From positions 4,330,448 through 4,394,447 of the forward strand of contig BDGG01000002.1 in assembly GCA_001949185.1 (NCBI GenBank): a stretch of DNA of 64,000 bases. The letters are read 5' to 3'. Both the position numbers and the translations under genes were made by a program. The notes beneath the pieces were generated by a model. The model saw nothing but the letters and a program-made list of their open reading frames with translations, was not told the origin of the DNA and did not search any database. The DNA is from Ramazzottius varieornatus. Lineage: Eukaryota > Animalia > Tardigrada. Numbering within the stretch: position 1 is the stretch's first letter; every line of letters begins with the position of its first letter. Positions 35,214 through 48,537 of this stretch are shown here, piece by piece.

Positions 35214-36450
35214 CTGACTAGACTGAAATTCATGGTTTTCTCTCTGGCTTGTCTCCGTCTTCCGACATCCGCGACACTAATAGGTATCACGAAGCTCATA
35301 CGCGAAACGGTATCTCGCAACGTCAAGCACTGCGCGGATAGAGATCAGCTGAGAAATGAGACTTGAAATTTTGAGTCAAGTGTGCAGAGAATAATCCATT
35401 TTCGCTTTCAAGATAAGCTACTCGAGGGCTGCTCATCTTGAAAGGGAAACTTCGTAATCAACTTACTAGATCAACACAATCAACGGAGTTTTACGGCCTG
35501 TCGTGAGGAGGACTATTATGTCTGACCGGTTTGCACTTTGCAGGATCGACCTTTGGGAGACATTCACGGACACAGTTGGCCGGATGGCTTTTTTGTCGAT
35601 TATTCTATTCTTACTGCCACTAACACAGTTGACCGAGCGAACCGACGCGTGGGTATATGGGCCTCACGTAAACCACCGGAATAAAACCCTGAAACACCGT
35701 CGCGATGGTATGGAACACGTGGGAGCTAGGAAACAAGCCGTACAAGATCTTTTTCTTGAGCGACGCACCCTTCTAGCCATTAATAATGAAAGCGAGCGCC
35801 ACTTCAGACATTCTGTTTGCTCAGCTCCCGCTTTATGAATTTACTGTGCTACGCCAAGAATTTATAGACCTGTTTCGCAATTCACGTTTCGGCTCTGAAT
35901 AGAATAAAATCTCATGATTTTTACTATTTTATACTGTGTCAGTTTCTGTGCAGAAACCGTTTCGCGGTTTGCTCACTTCCGGCGCAGAATATTAGCATAA
36001 AGGGATATTAGGCCGCGCGAGTTCAGCACGGCTTCGGAATTCACGGGGCTTGTCATTTAGCGCTCTACTGGATAATGCCCGGACTTCTTTCGTTTTTTCT
36101 GGCGATAGTTTCGGGAAGACAATCATCTTCTCCTAACTTCAATGCTAGTTTCGGTAGAAAACATGATGGATTTCGAGAAGGAACGAGAGCGGAAGTCAAG
36201 TGGCGCAATGTGGGAGAGGCGTGTTACTCGGATCACTTGACGCGCCAACTCCAATTCGCTGATTGTTCTGATCACTCTCCACTCCACCAAAATTTCAAAT
36301 TTCGACCAAAGTGGTTGATAGTAGAATCAACTCAGCTTGCACAGAATTTCAAATTCTGTGCAGCGATATCGGGCAAAACATAAGCCGTGGATAACGGCAC
36401 AGCATAAAACCTATACTTATGCTGTGCAAGCCGGAAGCATGACTTTCGAA

Positions 36451-36887
36451 TAATGATGAGCATTACACGTAGATGGTCCGTGTAATGTAGATTGTAATGC
36501 AAAATAGCGTAATTGTAAAAGTTTAATTACATTTTACACCAGTTCTACAAACCGGGCGGTTAAAAGTGGTGGGAACGACGAGAACGATAAACCAGCTATG
36601 TCTGCGTTTGCATAAAATATAGATCCTACTAATTGTCTTCCCGAAATACTTAAAAATACGGTTACAAAATGATCATATCCAAGAGGTTCGTGACATTTTC
36701 GCCTGTAAGTCAGCCGAATTTCAGATTTCCAGCGGCAAAATACTCAAAAAAACCGCAGATTTTGGCTTTTAAAAGTTTTAATTACATCTTACATTTACAT
36801 TACAACTTTCCGGTGGTTGTAATGTCGTGTAAAAGTGTAATTGTGATGTAAAATGTAATGTAATGTAAAATGTAATGATCATCGTTA
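36451..36887. mobile_element. hAT-like MITE with TGTAA subterminal repeats
   Basis: TIR TAATGATGAGCATTACA vs TAACGATGATCATTACA. Degenerate 8-bp TSD CTTTCGAA/CTTGCGGA (6/8). Many TGTAA/TTACA motifs. Confidence 0.7.
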
Positions 36888-37032
36888 CTTGCGGAACAGG
36901 TCCAATGTGTCAAACGTATTGCATTCTGTTTTGGATAATGGAAGTGTCATGTCCAGTGGACATATCCCCCAATGGACATTCCAAGAAACCTTTGAAGACG
37001 TACTACACTCCAAAGACGAAGAAAAATCAATA

Positions 37033-38079
37033 GTACTCCGTTTAGATCAGCTCGGCAGTCAATAAACCTTAGCTATGATCCTTTTCAGACTCCATTAGAC
37101 GCAGCAGCAACGTGTCGTTACGTTACTATAAACTATAAACTTCTTCGGTGAATACTAACAATCGAAAGTTGAAGAAGTTGAAAAGTGAATTGCTTTTTGC
37201 TGTCCGCCCGCCTTCACCTTCTCCATCTGCTCTTTCTTGCCTATACTTGCCCAAGGTTTTGTTCTGAAGACAACTGCGCATCAGAACGTTGCAGCCGGTT
37301 TCCGGGGACGATGATTTTTCCTTGTTGGGCGGGTCGAAGATCGCAAAGATGTTTGACTGCTTACTTTAAAGTACCGACGAAGTCGCACAGGATTGGGTCC
37401 GGGTGCGTGTAAAAAGACTGGCCAGAACTGGCAGAATCTGGTGTTATATGTGATGTCATAGCGAACAGCTGATCAGTACACACGTTCACCAAATATTTCA
37501 CCTACTATCCGGGCAGTCTTTTCACACGCACCCGGACCGACTACATCGGTACTTTAAAATAATGTTTTGATCACTATGATCAGGCTGCACTGTATGCATT
37601 ACCTGTGCATGCGCGGGAATGACCGATATGTTCGCGAGCCTGCTTGTCGATTCTGATTCTAATAAATTTGGGATTTATCATTAGTAATGAATTCCACAGA
37701 ATGGTGAAACGGCACCTTTGACCAGTTCACGTAGTCGGCTCCAACGAAGCTTACGTGCGGCACCGTTGCTGAGTATCTGACCAGACGCGCGCCACCTGTC
37801 GGGGAACCTCATGACCGTTCCGGGACACAAATGTTCATTTCGGTCTTTTCTAGTAGAACCTACAGTTGAAAATGTTAGTCTTCATTTTCATTTGTGAAAC
37901 AATGTTTGAAGAATAGTCTTTTAGTTCGGCAAAACTGAAAACCCTCCACTGATCATTGACTACTGACCAGTGGTCATGCGTATGATCAAATTTGACGTCC
38001 GTTTTGAACGACGAAACCGAATCTCTGTTTCCATTCAGGCTAATCCTCAACTCCCTTTTCACTGATTTACTTGGGGTAC
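37033..38079 (-). mobile_element. Non-autonomous dispersed element, copy 2 (inverted relative to 9204-10069), carrying a nested MITE
   Basis: Reverse-complement similarity to 9204-10069, interrupted at 37370-37553. Confidence 0.8.
37370..37553. mobile_element. Small TTAA-flanked MITE (Kolobok-like AG...CT termini)
   Basis: TTAA|AGTACCGA ... TCGGTACT|TTAA, with an inner inverted pair GGTCCGGGTGCGTGT/ACACGCACCCGGACC. Absent from the 9204-10069 copy. Confidence 0.75.
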
Positions 38080-39365
38080 ATGTACTGTGCTTTCGTGTTT
38101 GCTAATCGAGCCACCAACACTTTTTTCGGCGATAAGCAAGTCACGAACGGAAAGGTATCCTGCGATGGATAGTAAGGACACTTGTACTGCATGTATCCCA
38201 AGTCATGTTCGGCAAGGCCGCAAGGTTCGCGACCGTACGCAGTACTATAGGTGAAAATTACCTGTATTGCACGTCGTGATACCATTACTGTGGTGCGGAG
38301 CATCGGCTTCATTTTTAGTCATCCTGTACATCTCTGACATTTTGTTCTGCTTTCTTCAAGGTGGCCTAACTTCGAGAAATGTAAATCCGAATTAGAAAAA
38401 TAATATTATTACAGATTATTACCACGTGAAGTCATGAAGATCCTTTTGGAGCGTCTAGGAAACACATATCAGTAAAACAGGTAAAAGATATGGTGATTAC
38501 GTAATATTTCGATATTAGGAGCTGCTACCCCCTCCTGTAAGCACTGCGTAAGATTGCCAGAGCCACTACCTAAAACCCATTTATTACGTAAGATTTTCAA
38601 GACCCCATGAGACGCCAAAAAAACGCACTTCCACCGAAAAAACGGGGACGGTGGTGCAAGCTGAGTTCGGTTCTCACTACCGGAGGAAGTTTTCAAACAC
38701 GAATACCCTAGTCAAACTTCAAATCTACTGTGCATCTTGATCGACGTTAACATTGTCGGATCGAATCCAGCTTAAAACATGAGTCACAACTTCCGGTCCC
38801 TCGGCACCCTCGTCGACTACGGTTGGTCTCGCCGCCTCTTTCACTTCCATGACATCGTCGAGTTCATGACTTTGGTTGTCCTCCTCCGAAGGTTCCGCAC
38901 ACTGGTGTAACTTGACCGCGACCTGCGTAGCATGGTATAGTTCGCAACGCTTGCCCACCATGTTTTTTTTGCGGGCTTAAGGAAAAACAGACAGAACGGC
39001 GCGGCGGTGGAAGGGATCAAGCACGGATGCGCAGAGTAGGTGCATATGTCTGGGGGTCGCTTAGGGCCAATAACCAGCTGGTTTGCGGCGAGTGACGGTT
39101 CGAGTCTCAAAAGTGGGGCTTTTACAGGCTTTGGGAACTACTCTAATTAAATATTTGATTTTTAATTCTCTTACGTAAGATTCTTGAGACCCCTACCCCC
39201 TTCCCGTAGAACTTCTGTAAGACTACCTGGACCAGTACCCCCCTCTGGACGCTTTACGTGATACTTGAACGGTCCCTATGTCATTCCTGATTAGATCAAA
39301 CAGTCAAGTCATTAGGGGTTTACCTCGCTTACACTGCGTCAGTGCGTCTATGTGCAGAATGCAGA

Positions 39366-39837
39366 TGCGCAATTTGGAAATGGCAAAAGTTTCACAGTTC
39401 GAGGTAAACGACATAATTCGGGCATAGTGATTTTTCACTCGTAATTTGGGCATATTTTTTCTCACCTCCTGCTGCGCGTAATGAACTGTTTTTTGTTTCG
39501 TGAGGTATACTGATCCCTTTTCTCGCGATTTCAGTAGGTTTGAGAACGACAAAGCGTTGTGAATCACGGGAATTTGGCCTGGGAGAGAGATTGGTCTGTC
39601 CAATGTTAGAAAGCCCAGTGATATCAACAGGCGTACAATGAGAGATGAATCAAGCGTTGACGATCATGTTCAAACTTTTCGCGTTGCCCGAATTATGGTG
39701 CGAAACCGATATGCCCGAATTATGTCGTATACGTTGTATATTATGTTGTATATTATGTCGTATTGTAATTTACCTCGTATTCAAGATTTCAAGTTCTCGC
39801 TCCGTCCCCCGAAGTGTGCCATGTTAAAATTTGCCCG
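39366..39837. repeat. Degenerate MITE-like inverted repeat
   Basis: CGACATAATTCGGGCATA (~39409) is inverted with TATGCCCGAATTATGTCG (~39710); CGAGGTAAA pairs with TTTACCTCG. Confidence 0.55.
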
Positions 39838-40063
39838 GTCAGCTCCATTTCGTTAGTGTCTAGCGCCCTAACAAACTTTCAAGTGAACAGCACAAATTTC
39901 AGTTTTTGTAATTTTGTACGACCTGTGTCCATTTTATCACGGCACGCGGGGTCGGCAGAGTTTAGGCCCTGATGAAGTTCAGGCATTCTAAAGCCCTGAA
40001 ATTGGGGTAAACTATGGCAAGCCTGAGGCTCTGAGCTAATGGCGGAAGAACAGGGAAGCATGA

Positions 40064-40113
40064 NNNNNNNNNNNNNNNNNNNNNNNNNNNNNNNNNNNNN
40101 NNNNNNNNNNNNN
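40064..40113. other. Assembly gap (50 N)
   Basis: Run of N characters. Confidence 1.
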
Positions 40114-41113
40114 CAATCAGCTTGAGTCTTCGATTTGTCGCCACAAGACCCTCATATAGGGGCATTGCGCTTGCCCCAACGCTTACACCGTTCCAGGCGT
40201 CATGCTCCCCTGCCGGAAGATCAAAGAGACATTGTTTTGGACTGAAAGGGGTCTCAACCCAGTAATCGTCTGTTGTACTTACGCTGGTCCACACACAAGG
40301 AATGGCACACACGCCAAATGGGCAACGCCTGTGACGGCCAGCACCTGGTACAGGCCGTACAGCAGTCAACCTGGCATACTAGTCGTCAGCAAACAGTGAT
40401 TCTATCCCAGTGGCCGACCCACTAAAGCCAATGGTCAATCGAGCAACACCGATTGTCAGCCACCTGCAGGCAGTCTAGCAAGAACAATGGTCACTTTTGG
40501 TAGTCAATCTAGTGACAGTAGCAAGACCCATGGTGGCGGGTCTACGTATACCCTGTTGATCGTGCAGGGCCAGAGTTGTACTATCGACAGGGTCACCAAT
40601 TCCGTATTAATCAAGACGCGAATATCCTCAAATGATTAGTACAGAATTGATTGATCACATCAGACGTCACGAATCATGACTCATCAAAAACATGGAAAAA
40701 TCTGTCAATAAATTTAGAAAAATCAGAGAAAATCGTAGAATCAAGGATCGTGCTGTCTGGAGCTCAAGCACCCGTGATGAGTTTGCGATTTAGGGTCCCT
40801 TGGGTATTGCTTCTTCGAATCGGCGTCTGAGGAGTTCAATACACCGATGGACGGATGATTACCCAGTGAAGTAAGGTAAACACGGAACGGCCTTCGAAGA
40901 TTAAGTACGGCCCAACACCAAGACGGCATTCAATCAGTCAATATTTTCCAGTCTGCAAAAACTGCCTCTAATGTCGCTCGACCACTGGCTCTCTTGACTA
41001 GCAAAGATATGATTTCCGCACCGATGATCAAGTTGCCAGTTCTTGTGGTTCGCGACAGGTGGCACGCGGCAACTGTGTAGTTTTTGATATTAGGCTGGGT
41101 AAGTCGTCCGTCT

Positions 41114-44100
41114 TAAGGATGGGGGTTCCAAGTTCCGTTCATTCCAACTCCTATAGGAGCATAGGAATTCCTTCCAGTTCCAGCTGAACTCGATTTGGAG
41201 CACTGGAATTCCTATTTGGAAAACTAGACGCGATTTGGAATTCCAGCACTGTCAATCAATGTGGAGAACTGGAGTACCTGTTTGGAAACCAGGAACCGAT
41301 CTGGAATTCCAGTTGCGATCTAATGTAGCTGACTTGGCACAGTGGGACTGCGAAAGCTTCCACCAAGTAATTATGTTTTTGGGAGTTTCTTGCCTTTTTA
41401 GTACGGTATTTGCGATACCGCGCTAGCAGATTACTTTAAACAATACAGTGGGTGCACCTGCTGTATTGTTCATTTTGTCGTTCTTTGTTGTGTTCTCCTT
41501 CCCTGAGAACAGATGGCTCCTTCGGAGGAGGAGTACTGGAGGTGAAACGAGAGGCAAAGTTACGCCTGGACATATGGGCCGAATTCGACAGGAAGAAGGA
41601 GAAAATCGAGAAGACGCGGCATCACCAAGCTACTTGCAAGCATTGCAAGAAAGCGAACGTCCTTCGACTGGAGATTATTCGTGGTGAGAAGTACTGTCTG
41701 CAAAACCACCTGACCAAATGCAAGCATGTCCTTAAAGAAGTCAAGAGTAAATATGCTGCAAGACCTGAGAAGAAAGCAGAGCCTGATCCAAGAGGCAAGA
41801 AACAGTCGAGCATGTTTGGATTTCTGGATCGAAGCTTGACCAAAGTCGAGAAGCAGCAGTTCGAGATACTTCTTGCGGACACCTGGGCTGACAGTAACTT
41901 CTCCTTACAGTCCATTGAGAATGAATCACTGGTCAAGTTGTTTCAGTTTCTACGACTAACCGTGGAAATGCATTCCCGAAGGGTTTTGACGGATCGAATC
42001 CTGAAATCGAGAATCAACGATGCTGTATCGCAGGTCACGCAAGCCATCAGCCACAAGAAGGATGTCACATTGACGTTTGATGGCTTCAAAAACGTTTCTC
42101 AGAACAAACTCTTGGGTAACGTAACCAACCGGTGGTGCACCACCGGTTGGTTACGTCTTTTTACCGTTTGACACCGATTGTGTTCGAAAGCGTGGAAGAT
42201 ATCAGTGGTCTCAACTACAACGGGGAATACGTCGTTGTTGAAGTCGCCGCAGTCATACAGACAATGGAGCACAAGTACGGAAGTACGTTTCGTGCTGTTA
42301 CATGCGATTCAGATGGCGCTCACATCAAGGCTCGTCGACTGTTGTCTGCAAAGTACGAACACATGCTGATCCTGGCTTGTAGTGCCAACCAGGCAGAGCA
42401 TAAAAATAGTCCGTTAAGCGGAACTGAACTGCAGTTAACGGAAGTTTCGGTCCGCTTCCGTTCTGGAATACCCGAAATTATTTCCGCTTTTTTCCGTTCG
42501 GTTTCTGACAGAATGACGTTCCGCCCGTTCCGTTCTGATCGGACTGGCTGTTAGAAACCGAAATAATTACGTAACACAGCCGCATAGCAGAGCACGTAAG
42601 GTATAGTCAAATACGGCTTGATTTCTGACCATCGCGCAACTCATTGAGCAAGTCGCTGGGTTGTATCGAAGACTCTTATGTATTCTGAATCGACTTGCTA
42701 ACTTGCGGTTGATTCTTGTATTAGTTTGGTCCTGGATTTAGTCCGCTGGTTTTGATATCGTCTCTTAATCTACCACGTCGCTGGCAGGCCGGATCATGTA
42801 AGTGCAGCTCATATTCGGTTAGAGTACGGTGAGATAATAGTGGTTTTGTAGGTCTGGACAGAGTTCGGGCGATGAAGGTGAACTGGAGCTGATAGATCTG
42901 ACCGGCGAAGCCTTGAAGAAGCAAGCTGCGAAGAAAGTTAAGGCGTCAACCTCACTGCAGCTAAGAGGACTTACGGTAGCCGAGGTACAACGCGGCATCA
43001 AAGATGAGTCTTTGGCGACTAAAGAGAATGCAAGTGGAAGAAGTGCCGTGTGGGAAGATTTCTTACGAGTAGTCACAGTGGATACGGACGAGGTGCTGGA
43101 GTTCGTTGCCCGTAAGAACTGCACTCAAGTGTACACTTTCAGCATTAAGACCGGAACAACCTCGCTATTACACCATTCAGCCAAGTGTAAGGAGAAAGCC
43201 GCACGTTCGATACAGCAGTATCTAAAGGTCGGAGTAACGACGGAAGAAACGTCGGAAGCTCTTGCAAAGTAATATTGAAATTGCTAATTTAATCTTACGT
43301 TATTGTTTGACGAATTTTGATGTGTGCTATTGTTCAAAGATTCTGTGCTTTGAATTCTCGAGCATTCCGAGTGTGCGAAGGAAAAGGATTCGAGCTGATG
43401 ATTGACACGGTGTTGGGGATAGCAAGAAAGCATAAAGGAGCTCCTTTTCCTGCTCGCGAACTTCTTCCATCTGCTGCCACCGTTAGCACCAGCGTGACCA
43501 ACCAAGCTAAAGCTCTACGGACGATAAGTGTTCCAAAGCTGAAAAAGATCCTTACAACCAGAGGTGTCTATATCAGCCTGGATGGATGAACGGAAGATTA
43601 CACAAAGACCAAGTACATGGAGGACTGCATTCTAAAGGAAGAGCTGATTACTATATCTGAGTTCGATGCGACTAAGAGTCAGACAGGTAAGCTTAGATTT
43701 TACTCGTAATCAAAAGCATTGTCGGATTACGGGCTGGTGTTTTGCAGCTGGGGCAGTTCGTGACTTTGTGTTTATGACTTGGGCAGACATTTGCATCTCA
43801 GAAGAAGAATGCGCGGAGGTCACGTTCATAACAGATGCTGCTGCTACTATGATTGCTGCCTTCAGAGTTCCAAATAGAACCATTCTCAAACGTGTCAGCT
43901 GTGCTTGTCATATGATCAACACATGCTTACAAAACTCAGTTTACCAGAAGCCAAATTCGCAGTTCAAACTGAGTGATGAAGGACTTCCCATTTCAACCTT
44001 CAGTCCTGTAAGTCGCTGGTAACGTACTGCAAGCAAGCCTATTTTAGCCGCCGTCTGTCGGTTGCCCCTGTTCAAGCGGTCGAAAGGCGGTGGAACTCCA

Positions 44101-46727
44101 ACCTGGACATGCTGGATTCTATTATCCGGCTCGAAGAAATCTTGCAAGAAAGAGACGAAACAAACCGACTTCCGGGACCTGTCGACTTTCTCCGTACTGT
44201 GGCTAAGCTGCTGCGACCCTTCAAGACTGCCACGTTGGCTCTAGTCATCGAGCATTCCTACGATACACCTGGTCGTACCATCAAAATCCGGGCGCACGTC
44301 AGTCAGCCAATTTCTGAAGAGTTCCGAGACTTACCCCAGTACAGCGCTCTTGTGGCATCTCAGGTAAGATTAAACTTCGTTGACACCACATGACATGTTT
44401 CTCAGTCACTGACGAACTTCCGTATTTGCAGAAACAGCTTAAGAAAGTCTGTGACGTTAAACTGGTCGATGGAGAACTACACAAAGCAGCAGTGTTCCTC
44501 AATCCAGCCATGAAAGGTCTCCTGATGTACCCTACCGCCGAACAAAGTGCGATTATCAATCACGCTGACGAGATAAGTCTCTATCAAAGCCTGCCGCCAG
44601 CTGTAAGCTCCAAACCGATCCTGGAATTCTGGCAAGAGCATGCAGCCACTCTTCCGAAGCTTTACAAGCTGGCTGTGCGGGTTCTCGCGGTTCCCGCCTC
44701 TAGCTGTTCCCCCGAAAGACTGTTCAATGATGCTGGAAATGTTTCCACCGAAAAGAGAACTTACCTAGCCAGCGAGAAGTTAGATGATCTGCTGTACTTG
44801 AAGTGGAATTTGGTTGTGGAAGATAGTGGAAAGCCGAAGACATCGGCGAAAAATAGTTTACCGAAGGATGTTAAAGCGTGAATCTTTGGCGATCATGAAC
44901 TGTTAATTTCTGTGCGAACGGTGTATTTTAGTTTCGGTTCCGAACATCGAAATCTTCCGTTCAGTTCCGTTAAAAGATTTGCGATTGCTTTCCGCTCGTT
45001 TCCGTTTTCGTTTTCGTTTTTTTGAAAAATGTGGATTTGGTTTCCGGTTTATCGAACGGTTTTATGCTCTGCCACCAGGTCAATCTCATCTTTAGAGACG
45101 TACTAAAGCTGGTGCCAGAATTCAGAGAGGTGATATCAAGTTCACTAGCCGTCATCTCTTGGCTCAATGAAAGTGGTTTGTCTCGTGGTCGCCTCACCTC
45201 CATCCAGAAAAGTCTTTATGGAAAGCCGTTTTTCTTACCAAAGCCTACCGATACTCGCTGGTATTCGTATTACTTTAGTCTGCAGAAAATTCAGAAATGC
45301 AAAACGGCTTTTCTCGTAAGTGGTTTTGCATAGTTACTAGACGCTATCGTAATAAATTTTTGTGCAGTAAATATCAGGTGGTGCACCACCGGATATTTTC
45401 ATCACAGCTGCTTTTACTCGCAGGCGTCTGCCGAGAAGCTTCAAGGTACAAAAGACTTCGGAAAAGATGCACTTCCAGAAAAACACCGAGAAACTTCTGA
45501 GAATGATGCATTCTGGACAATTTTAAGACAGGTTCTCCATGTACTCGGGCCACTAGTGAAAGCTCTGGCAACGGCAGAGTCCGATGATTGCACCTTGGCA
45601 GACATTGGTGTTTGCTTCGGTGACATCTACGAATCTTTCGAGAAGATGTTGGACGAAGGTGTAAGGAAGATCGTGCTTGCTGCGTTAGAAAGTCGATGGG
45701 CAAAGTTCTACGATCCTGAGCTGATGGTTTGTGCCATGGTTCTCCATCCAAAAGTCAAGATGTCTTCGTTCAGGGCGGATCATTCCACGTTGCGCATTGG
45801 CCCTTTTGATGTGATCTGCACGAAACTCTACATCAAGTTGTTCGGCAAAAACCCAGGCAAACAAGGGCAGTCCCTGGTTCATTACTTAACAAACAGAAAT
45901 GTTTTTGAGCCCAAGTATGCATCTCATTTTGACAATCCGTTTGACTTCTGGGAATATACTTCAGCCGCCCACAAGGAGCTGGCAGAGCTGGCCGTTAGTT
46001 CTTCTTAAAGTCTCACCGCATGCGGCAGGTAAGGTCTGTGATGAACATATCGGGTGGTGGACCACCTGATATTCACGGCATTCAATTAATAACGCTCAAA
46101 TAAACTGTTTTTTAATCGTAATACTTCGTTCCGCAGGTATGGGAAGATTTTGGAGTACGATGGATGGAGTACACAATACAGAAAAGAACCGCATGGGAGT
46201 GGAGCTTGCAACTGGACTTTCTACCATTAGGATGGAGCTACGCCGTGGACGACCCTCAACTGGAGGATCTCGAAAAGGAAGTAGGAGAGGTGAATTCGAT
46301 CGACTTGGTCGAGCCGACGGGAGCTGCACCTGCTGACGCCCGTTGACTAACCAGCAAAGTATTGTTAGTGAGTTTTCGGACTTTATTGATGTTTTCTAGG
46401 AAGCTGGCGTTGAAGATGCGGCGGAGCTAGTCAGGGATTCAGTGACTGTAGATTTCTTCACGTTGAACGATTCGTTTGGGTACAAACCGCCGGTTGAACA
46501 GAACATGTGATGTTTACTATGATAGACTATTTGTGTCAAAGTATTTGGACCTGATTTTCGGCAGTAAATTGCTGTGCCTACTGTTTCCTAAGCTTTTGAT
46601 TAACTTTTTGGAGTTCCGATTTTTTACCTGTTTGATTTCGCAACTGGAATACAGGAATTTAGGAACTCTTCGGAATTCCATCCAGTTCCAGTTCCAAGGA
46701 GCTAGTCCATAGGAACCCCCATCCTTA
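41114..46727 (+). mobile_element. hAT DNA transposon (outer), transposase pseudogenised
   Basis: TIR TAAGGATGGGGGTTCC / GGAACCCCCATCCTTA; TSD GTCCGTCT/GTCCGTCC. BED-like zinc finger (IWAEF...CKHC...LQNHLTKC), LTFDGFKN, TCDS, TDTRWYS, and DFWEY...ELAELA dimerisation region. Frameshifts and a nested insertion. Confidence 0.9.
42394..45071 (+). mobile_element. hAT DNA transposon (inner, nested), transposase pseudogenised
   Basis: TIR CAGAGCATAAAA / TTTTATGCTCTG; TSD CAACCAGG/CCACCAGG; CCGTT subterminal repeats. SLDG*T (TGA in place of Trp), FITDAA, SCACHMIN, and hATC domain PILEFWQEHAATLPKLYKLAVRVLAVPASSCSPERLFNDAG. Confidence 0.9.
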
Positions 46728-47044
46728 GTCCGTCCATCGCTGGCTCAATATTACGGTACGCATTTGTGATTGATTGCTTGAAATGCGTCGACGGCAGTTA
46801 CAACGTAACGTAGGAAGAGCCCTTAAATTGCAGATGTTGTCTGTGGAAAGCCTGAGCCTATGACGATTAGCGGATAGATCAAAGAGGATAACGATGTGTC
46901 GTTCACCTCACTACGTCATTTAATGTTTGTCAGTCAACCAATTAACTGTCAACCAATCCGTCGGTCAACCAGTCAACCCATCAACTCCGCTGACGCCCGG
47001 TGCTACGCCGTCATAGGCGTGGACAATTAGAAGATATGTTATCA

Positions 47045-47132
47045 GTCATATTACATGACATGACAAATTCCAAGACATGACTTGACAAACTCAGAAATAA
47101 ATCGTCATATTACATGACATGACAAATTCCAA
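47045..47132. repeat. Local direct duplication of about 29 bp
   Basis: GTCATATTACATGACATGACAAATTCCAA at ~47045 and ~47104. Confidence 0.7.
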
Positions 47133-47294
47133 AAGTGTTCGGAAAAATTCCAGAAAGATTTGGGGAATATGCAGAGCCCTTCCAATGCGTACCGGAATGC
47201 CTGACGAGGTACGACTCAGACTCTCCGGAGGATTCACTTATTATACTGCACTACCAGAGTTGACTTCGGCTGACTGGCGTTGTCACGAATAGAC

Positions 47295-47726
47295 TAGAGC
47301 ACGGAATCTGGCCGCATGCGCTGTACTGCACTGCAGCTGTACTGTGCTGCAGCACAGCTGCAGCGCGTGAACTGAAGAAATTTGTGCGGCACAGTACAGC
47401 ATACAGCAGAAAGCCAGACTACCGCGCAGATCCACTTACCGAAACCTAACAAGAATTACAGTTTTTAAGCATTCGAACGTTAGCCGTCTCAGCTTTGCCG
47501 TACTTCAGGGCAACGTTCTCCAGGTTGACTACCGATTTTGCTGACTGAATTACAAACCTCGTCAATACATCGGCGTTCCGCGCAGTTGCACCAGGTCGAC
47601 GTGCGTCTGCAGCACAGTTGCTTAGCACTGGGCATGAAAGTTGTGCAGCACAGCGCAGCGTACAGTGCCCTGGTATAAGCGCAGCACAGTTACAGCGTAC
47701 TTTTGGACCTGCGGCCCAATGCTCTA
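47295..47726. mobile_element. hAT-type MITE with GCACAG/CTGTGC subterminal repeats
   Basis: Perfect 8-bp TSD GAATAGAC (47287-47294 and 47727-47734); TIR TAGAGCA...TGCTCTA. Confidence 0.85.
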
Positions 47727-48006
47727 GAATAGACTCTTTCCGAGCTCTCTACTGGCGTAGAGTAAGCCCCGATAAACGGGCAAATTTACGGGATTCAAAT
47801 AAAAGACGAGTTAAAATCGGGACCAAAGCGAACGGCAAACGAGACTGCAGGCGTACATTACTGTTTTTCGAGTTCACAGGGCTTCGGCGAACGATTTACA
47901 AAGCATACATGCGGAAAAGAGAGGAAAGCTGAAATAAGAATTTATGACTTCCAGATGAAATGCACATACAGAACAACTTACGCGAAGAACAATAATTCGG
48001 ACCAAA

Positions 48007-48240
48007 TTTGAGAATCTCAAGAAATAGTTAAATAAATAAATAAACCGAAGTACAAATAAACCGAAATATAAATCTGGAGAATCTCAAAAAATAGCTCGAA
48101 TAAAAAAATCGAAATAATATGTTGAGAATCTCCAAAGATAATACGTAGAACAAACAAGAAATCGTTGCGAGAATCTGAAAAATAGTTCGAATAAACAAAG
48201 CGAAATAAAATCTTGAGAATCCCAAAAAATGGTTCGCGTA
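48007..48240. repeat. Degenerate A-rich minisatellite, about 45-bp unit, about 5 copies
   Basis: Recurrent GAGAATCT(C)AAAAATAGTTCGAATAAA...CGAAATA units. Confidence 0.65.
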
Positions 48241-48537
48241 ATTCAAATCAGAACTCTGAAAATTGGGGGACCATTTCATCTGAATACCACGTGATCGAGT
48301 TCGGTCACACAACCAAGCGACTGGAGATGTTCTCGGTTCTCTTACATATTAAAATCTTATGAAGGAACTGTCTCCTGATCGTCTGGCGTCACGCGAGCAC
48401 ATGACCGACCATACTGTCTTGAAACATTCTTTTTCAGGCTAAACGACAATGAGGAGAGCTCATACATGGTCACGTGACTTGACAGTCAGCCAGCTACAAG
48501 CGTAGAAAGCAGCAGACTAGTGATTCCGTCGCACTAG

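Noticed and set aside
38490-39280. Harbinger-like terminus (TGAACGGTCCCTA) and duplicated TTACGTAAGATT..AGACCCC
   Set aside because: Only one plausible terminus and no TSD, so the boundaries cannot be supported.
40114-40625. Possible retroelement protease remnant (IRVLINTE...) next to the gap
   Set aside because: The catalytic DTG motif is absent and there are no RT or integrase motifs; too weak to call.
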